The notes beneath the pieces are model-generated. The model did not search any database. It saw nothing but the letters and a program-made list of their open reading frames with translations, and was not told where the DNA came from. Shown in pieces: positions 9,179 to 18,773 of a DNA stretch of 64,000 bases (position 1 is the first letter of the stretch; every line of letters begins with the position of its first letter). Both the position numbers and the translations under genes were made by a program. Source of the DNA: Myxococcota bacterium. GTDB taxonomy: Bacteria > Myxococcota_A > UBA796 > CAJQPC01. The stretch lies in contig JAKLKE010000005.1 of NCBI GenBank assembly GCA_023150775.1, positions 608-64,607 on the forward strand. The letters are read 5' to 3'.

Positions 9179-9982
9179 TCAAGGATCGTTCGCTCCGCAG
9201 GGCGTTCGGGCGCCGATCCACAGCCGCGCGCCGACGTCCGCCGCGGCCGGGGTGAGCCCCGCGCTCAGCTCGATCCCCGCCCGGGCGGCCCCTCGCGCGC
9301 CCTCAACGCCCAGGCCCAGGCTGAGATCCGCCGGGTTTCGTGGGGAGGGCAGGCGCCCACCGGCCCGGGCCAGCACCCGCGTCGGCCCCAGCGGGCGCGA
9401 GGCGGCGAGGAGCACCAAGGCCGCGTCGTCTTGGGCGGAGTACCGCAGGGGATCGCCGAGGATCACGAGCCCCGCCCCGGCGGTCAAGGTGCCTGCAGGC
9501 CCAGCCCAGCGCGCCAAGGCCATCGCCGCCACGTCGGTCTCGTCGGTGCCCAGGCCACGCTCCGTCGAGGCGTTCGGGAGCTTGACCTCCCAGTCGAGCC
9601 AGAGCGCCGGACGGGGGCCAAGACCGGGGAGGATCCTTGCGCTTGTCCCGAGGCGGAGATCCCCCGGCCCGAGAGATCGGGATCCATCGGGCCAGCTCGC
9701 CCCGAGGCCCTCCATTCTGATCCGCAGCTCAACGGCCTCAGCGGGGGCATAACGCGCGTTTATCCCTACCGATCCGCGACGCTCTTCGACGGCCTCAAAA
9801 GGCGCCACCCAGCCGCTCATTCCGCCAAGATCAAGGCAGAATGAGCAATATGGGCCGCTTCCTAAGGGCGAGAGTGCGTCGGGCCAAAGAACGTCCGTGG
9901 CTTGGGCGGCGCGGGGGATCAAGCCCAACAACCCGAGGCTGAGGACAAGAAAATTCAGAGAAGTTGCCGGAGACTTGCCCAA
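9179..9982 (-). CDS. Secreted hypothetical protein (possibly beta-barrel/outer-membrane)
   Basis: 267-aa ORF with a TTG start. Signal-like LNFLVLSLGLLGLIPRAAQA. Alternating Gly/Ala/Leu/Arg beta-like segments. No family recognised. Confidence 0.55.
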   Translation of the reverse strand: MGKSPATSLNFLVLSLGLLGLIPRAAQATDVLWPDALSPLGSGPYCSFCLDLGGMSGWVAPFEAVEERRGSVGINARYAPAEAVELRIRMEGLGASWPDGSRSLGPGDLRLGTSARILPGLGPRPALWLDWEVKLPNASTERGLGTDETDVAAMALARWAGPAGTLTAGAGLVILGDPLRYSAQDDAALVLLAASRPLGPTRVLARAGGRLPSPRNPADLSLGLGVEGARGAARAGIELSAGLTPAAADVGARLWIGARTPCGANDP

Positions 9983-9985
9983 AAG

Positions 9986-10015
9986 TTGACGCTCCCTCAG
10001 GGGTCCGTGTACCTT
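9986..10015 (+). promoter_or_regulatory. Candidate sigma-70-type promoter for the PKD/GT-C operon
   Basis: TTGACG (9986-9991), an 18-nt spacer, then TACCTT (10010-10015). It lies in a locally AT-richer divergent intergenic region about 80 nt upstream of the ATG at 10094. Confidence 0.3.
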
Positions 10016-10093
10016 AGCTCGACCCGGTCTTCATCGTCTCCCGGAAGGGCCACACCCTCATCCCGCGAACCTCTCCAGCTCGGAGCGTCAGGA

Positions 10094-11479
10094 ATGTCCC
10101 AAACCATGTTCAGGCTCACGCCCCTCGCGCTCTTGGTCAGCCCCCTCGCGTTGCAGAGCTGCGGCGACAAAGACTCTGAGGACACCAGCGTCACCGCCTA
10201 TTGTTCTCCCGAGTCCAACGCGGGCGCCGACCAGTCCGTCGCCCTCGCCTCGCTGGTGACCCTCGACGCCACGGCCTCGGGTTACCCCGAGAGCTGCAAC
10301 CAAGAGGGTGAGGACGCCCTCACCTACACCTGGTCGTTCGACGCGGTGCCGGTCGACTCCTTTATCGACGTGAGCGCCCTCAGCGACAACGGCACGAACG
10401 CGGCCGCCTCGGCGACGTTCACCCCCGACCTCTCCGGCACCTACGTCCTGAGCCTGCTCGTCTGCGACGAGACCTCCTGCTCGCCCCCCGACATCGTGGT
10501 GGTCACCGCCTCGGCGGGTGACGCCGCCCCCGTCGCCGACGCCGGCGCCGACGCCAGCGCCGAGGTCGACACCCGCGTTGAGCTCGACGGCTCCGCCTCT
10601 TACGACCCCGAGGGCGCCGAGCTTGAGTTCTCTTGGGCCCTGTCCTCGGCGCCGTCCTGCTCGGCGCTCGGCCCGGACGACCTCTTCAACCCCACGTCCT
10701 CCAAGCCGACGCTCATCTGCGACTGTGACGGCGTGTTCGTGGCCTCCTTGGTCGTGAGCGACAGCAGCGCGTGGTCGTCTCCCGACTACGTCTCCGTCAC
10801 CTGCTCTTCCGGCAACCAGCTCCCCATCGCCGACGCCGGTGACTCCGAGTCTTTGGCCCCCTGCGACGGCTCGACGATCCAGCTCAACGGCTTCGGCTCT
10901 TACGACCCCGAGGGCGAAGAGCTGGAGTACCAGTGGACGGTGGTGTCGGTGCCCTCGGGCTCCACGGTGGATGAGGCGGCCCTCACCTCGCTCTCCGAGG
11001 CCAGCCCGTACTTCACCTGGGACGTCCCCGGCGAGTACACCTTCCAGCTTCAGGTCTACGACGGCACCCTGTGGTCCGCGCCCGACGTGGTCACCCTCGT
11101 CGCCCAAGACATCACGGCCAACCTCAAGCCCGTCGCCAACGCCGGTGAAGACCAGTCCACGAGCGCCACGGCCTCGTGCACCACCTCGGCGTATGTCTGG
11201 AGCTGCGACGACTGCGAAGGCCAAGAGTTTGACCTCGACGCCTCCGGCTCCTACGACCCCGACGGCGACAGCCTGAGCTACACCTGGACCGACCTCTCCG
11301 GCGTGTCCACCATCGCCAGCCGCAACAGCGCCAGCTCGCTCATCAGCGTCCCGGCCACGGCGGCCACCTACAACGTCTCCACCTCCCACTCGTTCAACGT
11401 GCAGCTTGATGTCGCGGACTGCGCGACCAGCAGCTCCGACGTCGTCACCGTCACCGTGAGCTGCAAGGGCGAGAAGTGA
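10094..11479 (+). CDS. PKD-repeat lipoprotein
   Basis: Start at MSQTMFRLTPLALLVSPLALQSC (lipobox-like LQSC). Four repeats of the type (A/N)AG.D....V.LDGSGSYDP(E/D)G..L.Y.W, characteristic of PKD/Ig-like domains. Confidence 0.85.
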   Translation: MSQTMFRLTPLALLVSPLALQSCGDKDSEDTSVTAYCSPESNAGADQSVALASLVTLDATASGYPESCNQEGEDALTYTWSFDAVPVDSFIDVSALSDNGTNAAASATFTPDLSGTYVLSLLVCDETSCSPPDIVVVTASAGDAAPVADAGADASAEVDTRVELDGSASYDPEGAELEFSWALSSAPSCSALGPDDLFNPTSSKPTLICDCDGVFVASLVVSDSSAWSSPDYVSVTCSSGNQLPIADAGDSESLAPCDGSTIQLNGFGSYDPEGEELEYQWTVVSVPSGSTVDEAALTSLSEASPYFTWDVPGEYTFQLQVYDGTLWSAPDVVTLVAQDITANLKPVANAGEDQSTSATASCTTSAYVWSCDDCEGQEFDLDASGSYDPDGDSLSYTWTDLSGVSTIASRNSASSLISVPATAATYNVSTSHSFNVQLDVADCATSSSDVVTVTVSCKGEK

Positions 11480-11517
11480 TGCCCGCGCGCTGCAACCCCC
11501 TCTTAGGAGCCGCCCCC

Positions 11518-12894
11518 ATGCCCCGCGTCATGGCTCTCCCGTCCCTCTTTTTGCTCGCCTCCTTCGTCGCCTGCGGTGACAAGGTCGAAGACAGCACCGA
11601 GACCGGCGTCGCCGTCAACACGCCCCCGTCCGCGAACGCGGGTGTTGACCAGACCGTCTCCGCCGATGGCGCGGTCAGCCTCGACGGCTCCGGCTCTTAC
11701 GACGCTGACGGCGACACCCTCACCTACCGCTGGGAGTTCGAGCACGTCCCCGACGACTCGACCATCCAGTCCAAGGAGGCGCCGTTCTCTCGCAACGGCT
11801 CCGCCGAGGCCGCCACCACCACCTTCACCCCCGACGCCATCGGCACCTACGTCGTGTCGTTGTGGGTCTCTGACGGTGAGGAGCAGTCCGCCAAGGACTA
11901 CGTCGTCATCACCACCCAGACGCCGGACACCCTGCCCGTCGCCGACGCCGGTGACGACGTGACGGTGGACGTGGACGCCGTCGTCTCCCTCGACGGCAGC
12001 GGCTCTTACGATCCCCTCGGCCGCGCGGTCACCTACGCCTGGACGATCGTCGACACCCCCGACGCCTCGTCGCTCACGGCCTTGGCCGGCGCCGACACCG
12101 CCTCGGCGAGCTTCACCGCTGACGCCCGCGGCGTCTACGTCATCAACCTCGTCGTCGACAACGGCCTCACCAGCTCCTTGGCCGACGCCGTCATCATCAC
12201 CGCCGTCGGTGAAGACAGCGCGCCCACGGCCAACGCTGGCGAAGACATCGTCGCTGAAGACTGCACCGCCATCTCGCTCGACGGCTCGGGCTCCGTAGAC
12301 CCCGACGGCGACAAGCTCAAGTACTCTTGGGAGATCCAGAAGAAGCCCGCGGGCTCCAAAGTGAGCGCGGCGAGCTTCTCGGACGCCACCGCCGCCGAGC
12401 CGACCTTCTTCGCCGACATCGCCGGGGAGTACCGCCTCTCGTTGAGCGTCAACGACGGCACGAGCTGGTCCGCCCCGGATCTGCTCACCCTCACCGTCGG
12501 CGAGCGCTCCTACAACACCGCGCCCAAGATCACGATCACGGACTTCCCGGTGATCGACGCGGGCGAGGCCGAGTGTGAAGAGAGCGGCTACACCTACAAC
12601 TGCGACGACTGCTCCGATCAGACGATCTCTTGGGGCACCAACGTCACCGTGACCGACGCTGACGGCGACGCCTACACCTCGGCCTGGACGCTCAGCAGCG
12701 GCAGCGGCGTCATCGCCTCCTCGACCTCCATCGAGACCAGCGTGAAGCTCGAAGACATCACCTGCTCCGAGCCCGGCGTCACCGACGACAACGAGTACGT
12801 CTTCTCGCTGACCGTCATCGACTGCACCGGGGCCTCCACCACGGCCACGGGCACGGCGACCGCGCAGTGCACGGGCGTTGAGGCCACGGAGTAG
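11518..12894 (+). CDS. PKD-repeat lipoprotein (paralogous architecture)
   Basis: The ATG at 11518 is preceded by AGGAG. MPRVMALPSLFLLASFVAC lipobox. Repeats ANAGVDQTV..LDGSGSYDADGDTLTYRWEF, ADAGDDVTV..LDGSGSYDPLGRAVTYAWTI and ANAGEDIV..LDGSGSVDPDGDKLKYSWEI. Confidence 0.85.
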   Translation: MPRVMALPSLFLLASFVACGDKVEDSTETGVAVNTPPSANAGVDQTVSADGAVSLDGSGSYDADGDTLTYRWEFEHVPDDSTIQSKEAPFSRNGSAEAATTTFTPDAIGTYVVSLWVSDGEEQSAKDYVVITTQTPDTLPVADAGDDVTVDVDAVVSLDGSGSYDPLGRAVTYAWTIVDTPDASSLTALAGADTASASFTADARGVYVINLVVDNGLTSSLADAVIITAVGEDSAPTANAGEDIVAEDCTAISLDGSGSVDPDGDKLKYSWEIQKKPAGSKVSAASFSDATAAEPTFFADIAGEYRLSLSVNDGTSWSAPDLLTLTVGERSYNTAPKITITDFPVIDAGEAECEESGYTYNCDDCSDQTISWGTNVTVTDADGDAYTSAWTLSSGSGVIASSTSIETSVKLEDITCSEPGVTDDNEYVFSLTVIDCTGASTTATGTATAQCTGVEATE

Positions 12895-14371
12895 GCTGGC
12901 TCTGCGCCCCGCGCTCCATCGTCTGTTCTCTTCGACGCGCCTCGCCCCTCACCGGGCCGGGCGCGTCGCGCTGTTGGGGGTGCTCATTGTGGGCCTGGCG
13001 CTTCGCCAAGGCGCCGGAGAGGCCCAAGAGGGCGGGCGCCTGTCTCCTGAGGCCGCCGTGCCGCTGGGGCGCCTCTCGGTCTCGTCGCTGCGGCCAGGGG
13101 TCGGCCAAGAGGTGTGGGTGGAGGTGCCCTACGCGGGGCCTTTCCCCGCGGATCCCGCCTGGGAGGGCGTGAGTGAGGAGCGGGGCACCCTGGCCCGGCT
13201 GATCACCGAGGCCCCGGGGCCGGTGACGGTGAGGGCGTTTGGGTTCTCGGTGACCTTGGCGGTGCAGCCCGGCGCGAACCGTGGCCCGCTGCCCAACCCC
13301 AAGGCCCCGGCGCGAGCCTTGCCCTTCGTCTCCGAGCCTTGTGACGACCCTCGGCTCCCCCAGCTCTCGGGTCTCTGGGCCATCGGCTGTGACGGCGAGC
13401 CCCTGAGCCGCGCCGAGCACATCCTCAGCGGTGAGCAGGTCTCGCTGGAGGGCGCCCCGGTGAGGCCGGGCTTGGGCGGCGGCGTGGTCTACGGCGCGGG
13501 CCCCAAGGATCATGGCCTCTGGCGGCCGCCGAGCGTGGTGTCCTCCCCCGACGCCCACCGGGTGACCGAGGCGGGCGTCGCGCCGCCGGGGACGGACGGC
13601 CGGACCGGGGCCTTGTCGGTGTCCGACGCGCTGTGGGTGTTTGAGCTCGAAGGTCGCCTGCGGGAGAGCCTGCGGGCCCGCCCGGCGCCGTGGATGCCCC
13701 CCGCCGTGGACGGGCCCTGGGTGGCCTGGGTCGATGTGGGCGAGGCCTGGCTCTTCGGGGAAGACATCTACGTCCGGCACCAAGACTGGCGAGAGGGCGC
13801 GCCGCTCGTGCGTCGGGCGGGCAGCCAGCGCCACGTCGCGGCGTCGGAGGGTTTTGTGGGCTGGATCGAGGACGCGGCGGTGTGTGTGGAGTCCCTGGCG
13901 TCGGGCGAGCGCCGCTGCGTGCCCGCGAGCCCCGGCCCCAGCCGCCGCCTGAGCCTGTGGGGCGCGGTGGCCTGCTGGGAGGACTACGGCGGCGACGACA
14001 TCGACGTGGTGTGCAGTGACGGCCTCGCCCTGCGCCGCCCGGGCCACCAGCGCAGCCCCTCCCGGATCGGCCCCTGGCTCTTGTTCCGCGAAGGAAACCA
14101 GACCTTGCTCGCCCAAGCGGAGTGGATCGTGCTCGACGATGACGACCTGCGCGCGGCCTCCTTCGGCGCCACCCTCGCCGACCCCCTCGCCCTGCGCGGC
14201 GCGCGGGCCGAGGGCGGGGCGCGCTACACCCTGAGCTTGCCGCCGGGCGCCTACACCGTCGAGCGCCGGGTCGGCGAGGCCTGGACGCCGGGAGAGACCG
14301 TCGAAGGCGGCGTTTCGCTGCAGATCGAGGCCCCCCACGGCGACGCCGTCCGCCTCAGGCCCGCGCCATGA
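12878..14371 (+). CDS. Membrane-anchored hypothetical protein with repeated W-[VIE]-[ED] motifs (beta-propeller-like?)
   Basis: 497-aa ORF with strong GC3 bias in this frame, so the antisense 507-aa ORF is rejected. N-terminal hydrophobic segment RVALLGVLIVGLAL. Recurring motifs VAWVD, VGWIED, VACWED and PWLLFRE about every 35-40 aa. The TTG start at 12878 is uncertain. Confidence 0.6.
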   Translation: MRPRSRLALRPALHRLFSSTRLAPHRAGRVALLGVLIVGLALRQGAGEAQEGGRLSPEAAVPLGRLSVSSLRPGVGQEVWVEVPYAGPFPADPAWEGVSEERGTLARLITEAPGPVTVRAFGFSVTLAVQPGANRGPLPNPKAPARALPFVSEPCDDPRLPQLSGLWAIGCDGEPLSRAEHILSGEQVSLEGAPVRPGLGGGVVYGAGPKDHGLWRPPSVVSSPDAHRVTEAGVAPPGTDGRTGALSVSDALWVFELEGRLRESLRARPAPWMPPAVDGPWVAWVDVGEAWLFGEDIYVRHQDWREGAPLVRRAGSQRHVAASEGFVGWIEDAAVCVESLASGERRCVPASPGPSRRLSLWGAVACWEDYGGDDIDVVCSDGLALRRPGHQRSPSRIGPWLLFREGNQTLLAQAEWIVLDDDDLRAASFGATLADPLALRGARAEGGARYTLSLPPGAYTVERRVGEAWTPGETVEGGVSLQIEAPHGDAVRLRPAP

Positions 14372-16227
14372 CGCCCCAGCGTGAGCGCCTCGGCGGACAG
14401 CTCGCCGCGTTTGGCGCCCTGGCGCTCCTGATCCTGGCCTTCACCTTCGACCCCAGCCCCGCCGTGAGCCCCGAGGCCTTGCCCCGCGCCGCCCGGGGCC
14501 TCGCCGGGGCGTCGATCTGGATCCTCGCCGCCACGGGCCTGGGCGGGGCGATCTTGGGCTCCTCAAGCCTCGCCGGGGCCTTGTTCTTGGGCAGCGGCGT
14601 CTTGGGCCTGGGCCTGTTCGGTCTGGCCTGGGTGGGGCTGTTCTCGGGCCCGGCCCTCGGCGGGGTGGCCGTCGCCGCGTCCTGTGGCTGGCTCCTGCGC
14701 CCGAAGATTGAGTGGCCCAAGCTCGACGCCGCGGGCTGGGCGGTGGCCTTGGTCTGCGGGGCCCCGGCCTTGATCAACGCCCTCGCGCCGCCGACCGACA
14801 CCGACGAGATCTACCAGCACCTCGCGATCCCCTCCCAGCTCCTCCACGTCCGGGGGCTCCTGGGTGGGCTCCTGCACCCCGACGCCTCGCGGCCGATCCC
14901 CGTGCACACGCTCTACGCCGCGGCGATGTCCTTTGGCGGCGAGCCCGCGCCGAAGCTCCTGCACCTGCTCTGGGCCGCCGTGGGCCTCCACCACCTGCGG
15001 GGCCTCGGCGACCGCTGGCTCGGCGCTCCGGCCGGCGGCGCGGCCGCGCTCACGCTCTTGGGGAGCTTCACCTTCGCCCGTGAGCTGGGCCTCGCCTACA
15101 ACAACCTCCCGGCGGCGTGGTGGGGCCTGCTCGCCGTCGAGGCCGCCGTGGAGGGCCGCCGAAAGGAGCTCGCGGCCTATGCGGGCATGGCCCTGGCCTG
15201 CAAGTACACCGCCGCCCCCGTCGTGGTCGCCGCCTACCTGATCACCTGGCGGAGCCTGGGCGTTCGCGCCGTGCCGACGATGGCGGCCCTGACCGCCGGG
15301 GCCTTGGCCTGGGTGGCGCCCTACTGGCTGAGGAACGCCTCTGAGGGCCTACACCCGCTCTTCCCTTACGCGGGCTGGCCCGAGGCCGAAGGCATCGTCT
15401 TCACCTACAACGAGCGCTACGGCCTGGGCCGAGACTGGGCCTCGATGCTGCTCTTGCCGTGGAACATGGTCGTCCACGCCGAGACCACGTCCTACAAGTT
15501 TTTGGGGCAGGTGAGCCCGGCGGGGCTCCTGGCGATCCCCGGCATGGCGCTCGCGGCCTGGAGCCGACCGGCGGCGCGGCCTGTGCTGGCGGCGGCGGCG
15601 GTGGCCTTCGTCGGCTGGGCCTTGGGGCCGCACTGGCTGCGTTATCTGCTCCCGGCGGCGCCGCTGCTGGGCCTCGCCGTGGGCGCGGCGGCGGTGACGC
15701 TGCCGTCTTGGGGTCGGGCGGTGTTGGTGATCGGCGGGGTGCTCGGCCTCCCGGCGAGCTGGGGGCCTTGGCTCGGGCCGACGGCACAAGAGGCCGCCGT
15801 GGTCGTCGGCGCCGCCTCGCGGGAGAGCCTGCTCAAGGAGCGGGTGCCGGGCTGGGGCGCCATAGAATACATCAACAAGTACACAGAACCCGACGCCCGG
15901 GTCGCGCTCCTCTTCTCTTGGCCGGGCTACTACGTCGAGCGGCCTTACGTCTTGGGCTCGGTGGAGGACCACGTCCCCGCCCGGCACCTGCTCCTGACCC
16001 AAGGCGACGCGGCGCTGACCACCCTTCGTGACCTCGGGGTCACCCACGCCGTCGTGGGTGAGGTACGATTCCTCAAGAAGACCTACCCCTTCCTCGACGA
16101 GGGGCGCTTCCGCAGAGAGTTCACCGAGCCCGAGGCGGCCTTGGGGGAGCTGCTCTTGAAGGAGGGCACCGTCGTCTTTGAGGAGGGTCGAACCGCCGTG
16201 TGGAGATTCCCGGATGGACGCCCCTGA
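14368..16227 (+). CDS. Polytopic membrane protein, GT-C fold (ArnT/PMT-like) glycosyltransferase candidate
   Basis: The ATG overlaps the upstream stop (ATGA at 14368-14371). More than 10 hydrophobic segments. An acidic motif in the first extracytoplasmic loop (PPTDTDEIYQHL) resembles the DE/DxD loop motif of GT39/GT83 enzymes. C-terminal soluble domain of about 150 aa. Confidence 0.6.
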   Translation: MTPQRERLGGQLAAFGALALLILAFTFDPSPAVSPEALPRAARGLAGASIWILAATGLGGAILGSSSLAGALFLGSGVLGLGLFGLAWVGLFSGPALGGVAVAASCGWLLRPKIEWPKLDAAGWAVALVCGAPALINALAPPTDTDEIYQHLAIPSQLLHVRGLLGGLLHPDASRPIPVHTLYAAAMSFGGEPAPKLLHLLWAAVGLHHLRGLGDRWLGAPAGGAAALTLLGSFTFARELGLAYNNLPAAWWGLLAVEAAVEGRRKELAAYAGMALACKYTAAPVVVAAYLITWRSLGVRAVPTMAALTAGALAWVAPYWLRNASEGLHPLFPYAGWPEAEGIVFTYNERYGLGRDWASMLLLPWNMVVHAETTSYKFLGQVSPAGLLAIPGMALAAWSRPAARPVLAAAAVAFVGWALGPHWLRYLLPAAPLLGLAVGAAAVTLPSWGRAVLVIGGVLGLPASWGPWLGPTAQEAAVVVGAASRESLLKERVPGWGAIEYINKYTEPDARVALLFSWPGYYVERPYVLGSVEDHVPARHLLLTQGDAALTTLRDLGVTHAVVGEVRFLKKTYPFLDEGRFRREFTEPEAALGELLLKEGTVVFEEGRTAVWRFPDGRP

Positions 16228-17926
16228 GCCACGCCGCGCCGCGCTCGACCCCTGGCGGGTTGGGGGCCTGATCGTCGGCGCGCTCGTGGACCTCGGCCTG
16301 CTCTACGCCCTGGTGCGCCTGCGCTGGGACAGCCGCTGGATCGGCCCGCCGCGGGAGGGCGTGGAGGGGGTGGAGCACATCCCCGAGGGCTGGTGGCGCT
16401 GGGGCACGCTCTCCGACGCCTTGCTCTATGGCCCCGACGCCGGGAACTGGGCGGCGAACGTCGAGGCCGCCTTGGCCGGGCGCACCCTCGATCTTTACCG
16501 GATGCCGGTCTACACCTACCTCACGGCCTGGATGACCCGGCTGTTTGAGGACGTGGTCTTCGCTGGGCACATGGTGAACCACGCGGCCTCGGCCCTCGTG
16601 CCGCTCCTGGCGTACCTCTTTGGCCGCGCCACCTCAGGCCGCGCCCCGGCCTTCGCCGCCGCCGCGCTCACGGCCTTGACCCCGGCGCTGCTCAACTCCG
16701 CCGGGCTCTTCGGGGTTGACCCGAGCCTGCAGCTCGCGGTGATGCTGCTCGTGGCGACGGGCTTCTGGGCGCTGAGCGGGCCGTGGTGGGTGGTGCCCAT
16801 CGCCGGGGTCGCCGCCGGGATCTGCGCTGGAGCGCATTATCTCGGGCTCTTGTTCCCGTTTGTGCTCGGGCCGCTCCTGCTCACCCGGGACGGGCGCTGG
16901 TGGTCACGTCTGCTCGCCGTCGTCGTGTTCTTCGCCGTCGGCGCCGGGGTGTGGCGGCTCTTGTTCTTGGAGTACCCGCCCTTGGCCTGGGGCGACGTGG
17001 CCCACGTCTACGCTGAGGGGGTGATCGGCAGCTCGGGCAAAGCCCAGGCCCAGCATGGTCAGGGCCTCTCTCACGCCGTCGCGTTGGTGCTCGCCCAGGC
17101 CGGAGGCGCCTTGCCGATGGCGGTGCAGCGTGGGCTGAGCCCTCTGGCCGTGGGCGCCGCGCCCTGGGGTCTGCTCGTCGGGGCCTTCTGGCTCGGCGTG
17201 ATCGGGCCTTGGCTGCGGCCACGGGAGGGTCGCCTCGGCTGGGACTGGCGACCGGCGCTGACCTTGGCTGGCCTGCTCGCGCCCCTGGCCGCTTTGGAGG
17301 CCGCCCGGGCGCCGGAGCGTTACGCCTTCTACTCAATCCCCCTGGTGTATCTCTGCGTCGCCCGGGGCCTCGCCGCGCCCTTCGGCGCCATCGACACGCT
17401 CATCCAGCGTCGGCTCCCGCGCTGGCCGAGGGGCGTCTTGGCCTGGGCGCCTTGCCTCTGGCTGCTCTCGGGGCTCATCGCGCCGCTGCAGTCCCAGCGC
17501 CCGGGCCCACCGCCGCCGGAGGAGCCGCTGCAAGACCTCCAGGTGGGCCAGGCGATCCGTGAGGAGTTCGCGCCGGGCGACCACATCGTGAGCAACAACC
17601 AGACCTTACACTACTACAGCGGCCGCAAACGCTGCCTGCTCCAGCCCTGCGCCAACCTAGGCGCCGAGACCGAGTCCGCCTGCGCCCGCACCCTGCTCGC
17701 GGGCTGCTCGGGCCGGGGGGACCTCCCCTACATCATCGAGGAGCGCCCGCAGTACGGCTTCGCCAACAAGCCCGATGAGCTCATGGACACGATGGTGACC
17801 ACCCACTTTGAGCGGGTGTTTCGTTCGCCGGGGCAGCAGCGCAGCGTGAGCTTGTACAAGGTGGACCGGGCGACCTTACAGCGCCTCGCCGAGCAGGCCG
17901 CGCCGGGCCCGGCGGCGACCCCCTGA
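16214..17926 (+). CDS. Second polytopic membrane protein, GT-C-like glycosyltransferase candidate
   Basis: Start at MDAPEPRR (ATG 16214) overlaps the upstream gene by 14 nt. Many TM segments. First-loop LSDALLYGPDAGNWAANVEA. C-terminal soluble domain. Same overall architecture as the previous gene. Confidence 0.55.
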   Translation: MDAPEPRRAALDPWRVGGLIVGALVDLGLLYALVRLRWDSRWIGPPREGVEGVEHIPEGWWRWGTLSDALLYGPDAGNWAANVEAALAGRTLDLYRMPVYTYLTAWMTRLFEDVVFAGHMVNHAASALVPLLAYLFGRATSGRAPAFAAAALTALTPALLNSAGLFGVDPSLQLAVMLLVATGFWALSGPWWVVPIAGVAAGICAGAHYLGLLFPFVLGPLLLTRDGRWWSRLLAVVVFFAVGAGVWRLLFLEYPPLAWGDVAHVYAEGVIGSSGKAQAQHGQGLSHAVALVLAQAGGALPMAVQRGLSPLAVGAAPWGLLVGAFWLGVIGPWLRPREGRLGWDWRPALTLAGLLAPLAALEAARAPERYAFYSIPLVYLCVARGLAAPFGAIDTLIQRRLPRWPRGVLAWAPCLWLLSGLIAPLQSQRPGPPPPEEPLQDLQVGQAIREEFAPGDHIVSNNQTLHYYSGRKRCLLQPCANLGAETESACARTLLAGCSGRGDLPYIIEERPQYGFANKPDELMDTMVTTHFERVFRSPGQQRSVSLYKVDRATLQRLAEQAAPGPAATP

Positions 17927-17934
17927 AGCGACGA

Positions 17935-17963
17935 CGCCGCCCCCGAAGGGACGGCGCCGTTTG
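17935..17963. terminator. Candidate bidirectional hairpin between convergent genes
   Basis: CGCCGCCCC (17935-17943), loop CGAA, then GGGACGGCG (17948-17956). This is a 9-bp GC stem with one C/A mismatch, followed by CCGTTTGG (weak T tract). Confidence 0.35.
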
Positions 17964-17976
17964 GACCAGCGACCGA

Positions 17977-18597
17977 TCAGGTGCGCTGCGAGTAGAACTC
18001 GATGATGGCCTGGAGGTTGCACTCGAAGGGCAGGTCTTCGAGCTCGGGCGAGGTGATCATCTTGCCCGTGGCCTTGGCGGGGTCGAGCTCCAGGTAGCGC
18101 GGACGCTGCTTGGAGGCGGCGCCCTCAAGGGCCTCCTGCACAAACTTCTTGCTGCGGGCCTTCTCACGGATCGCGATCTCCTGGTTGGGAGACACGGAGA
18201 AGGAGGGGCGGTCCACGCGCTTGCCGTCGACGGTGATGTGGCCGTGAACGACGAGCTGGCGAGCGCCCGCGATGGTGTTGGCGAGGCCGAGACGCCAGAC
18301 GATGTTGTCCAGGCGGCTCTCAAGCAGGCTCACCAGCTCACGACCCGTCGGGCCACGGCGGCGAGAGGCCTCCTTGATGTAACGGATGAACTGAGTCTCC
18401 AGCACACCATAGTGCCAGCGAAGCTTCTGCTTCTCGATCAGTCGGGTCTTGTAGTCGGAGGGCTTCCCCTTCCGGCGTTGTCCATGAACGCCAGGGCCAT
18501 ACTCACGCTTCCCGAGGGTACGCTGAGAGACAAGGCCAGGAAGCACCACACCCACGGCCCGGCATCGTTTGAGCCGGGGTCCACGATAACGCGCCAT
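17977..18597 (-). CDS. rpsD: 30S ribosomal protein S4
   Basis: MARYRGPRLKRCRAVG...KQKLRWHYGVLETQF...LESRLDNIVWRLGLA..ARQLVVHGHITVDGKRVDRPSF. Collinear with bacterial S4, including the S4 RNA-binding domain. 206 aa. Confidence 0.97.
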   Translation of the reverse strand: MARYRGPRLKRCRAVGVVLPGLVSQRTLGKREYGPGVHGQRRKGKPSDYKTRLIEKQKLRWHYGVLETQFIRYIKEASRRRGPTGRELVSLLESRLDNIVWRLGLANTIAGARQLVVHGHITVDGKRVDRPSFSVSPNQEIAIREKARSKKFVQEALEGAASKQRPRYLELDPAKATGKMITSPELEDLPFECNLQAIIEFYSQRT

Positions 18598-18773
18598 TTA
18601 GAACGCTCCATCGGTGCTGTTGAATGACCCTGAGAGGGGGATTGATCGGAAGATCGTGGGCTCTGCAGGGCTTGTCGTCCGCCGGGCACACCCCGGAGGC
18701 AGACCCGGCCTCTTATGGTTACCCATTCACCCCGTCAACCCAATCGCCGCATAACGACCCCATCGGAGGCACC

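Noticed and set aside
12815-14338. 507-aa minus-strand ORF
   Set aside because: Third-codon positions are almost all G/C in the + frame of 12878-14371, not in this frame. It would also break an otherwise stop/start-coupled + strand operon.
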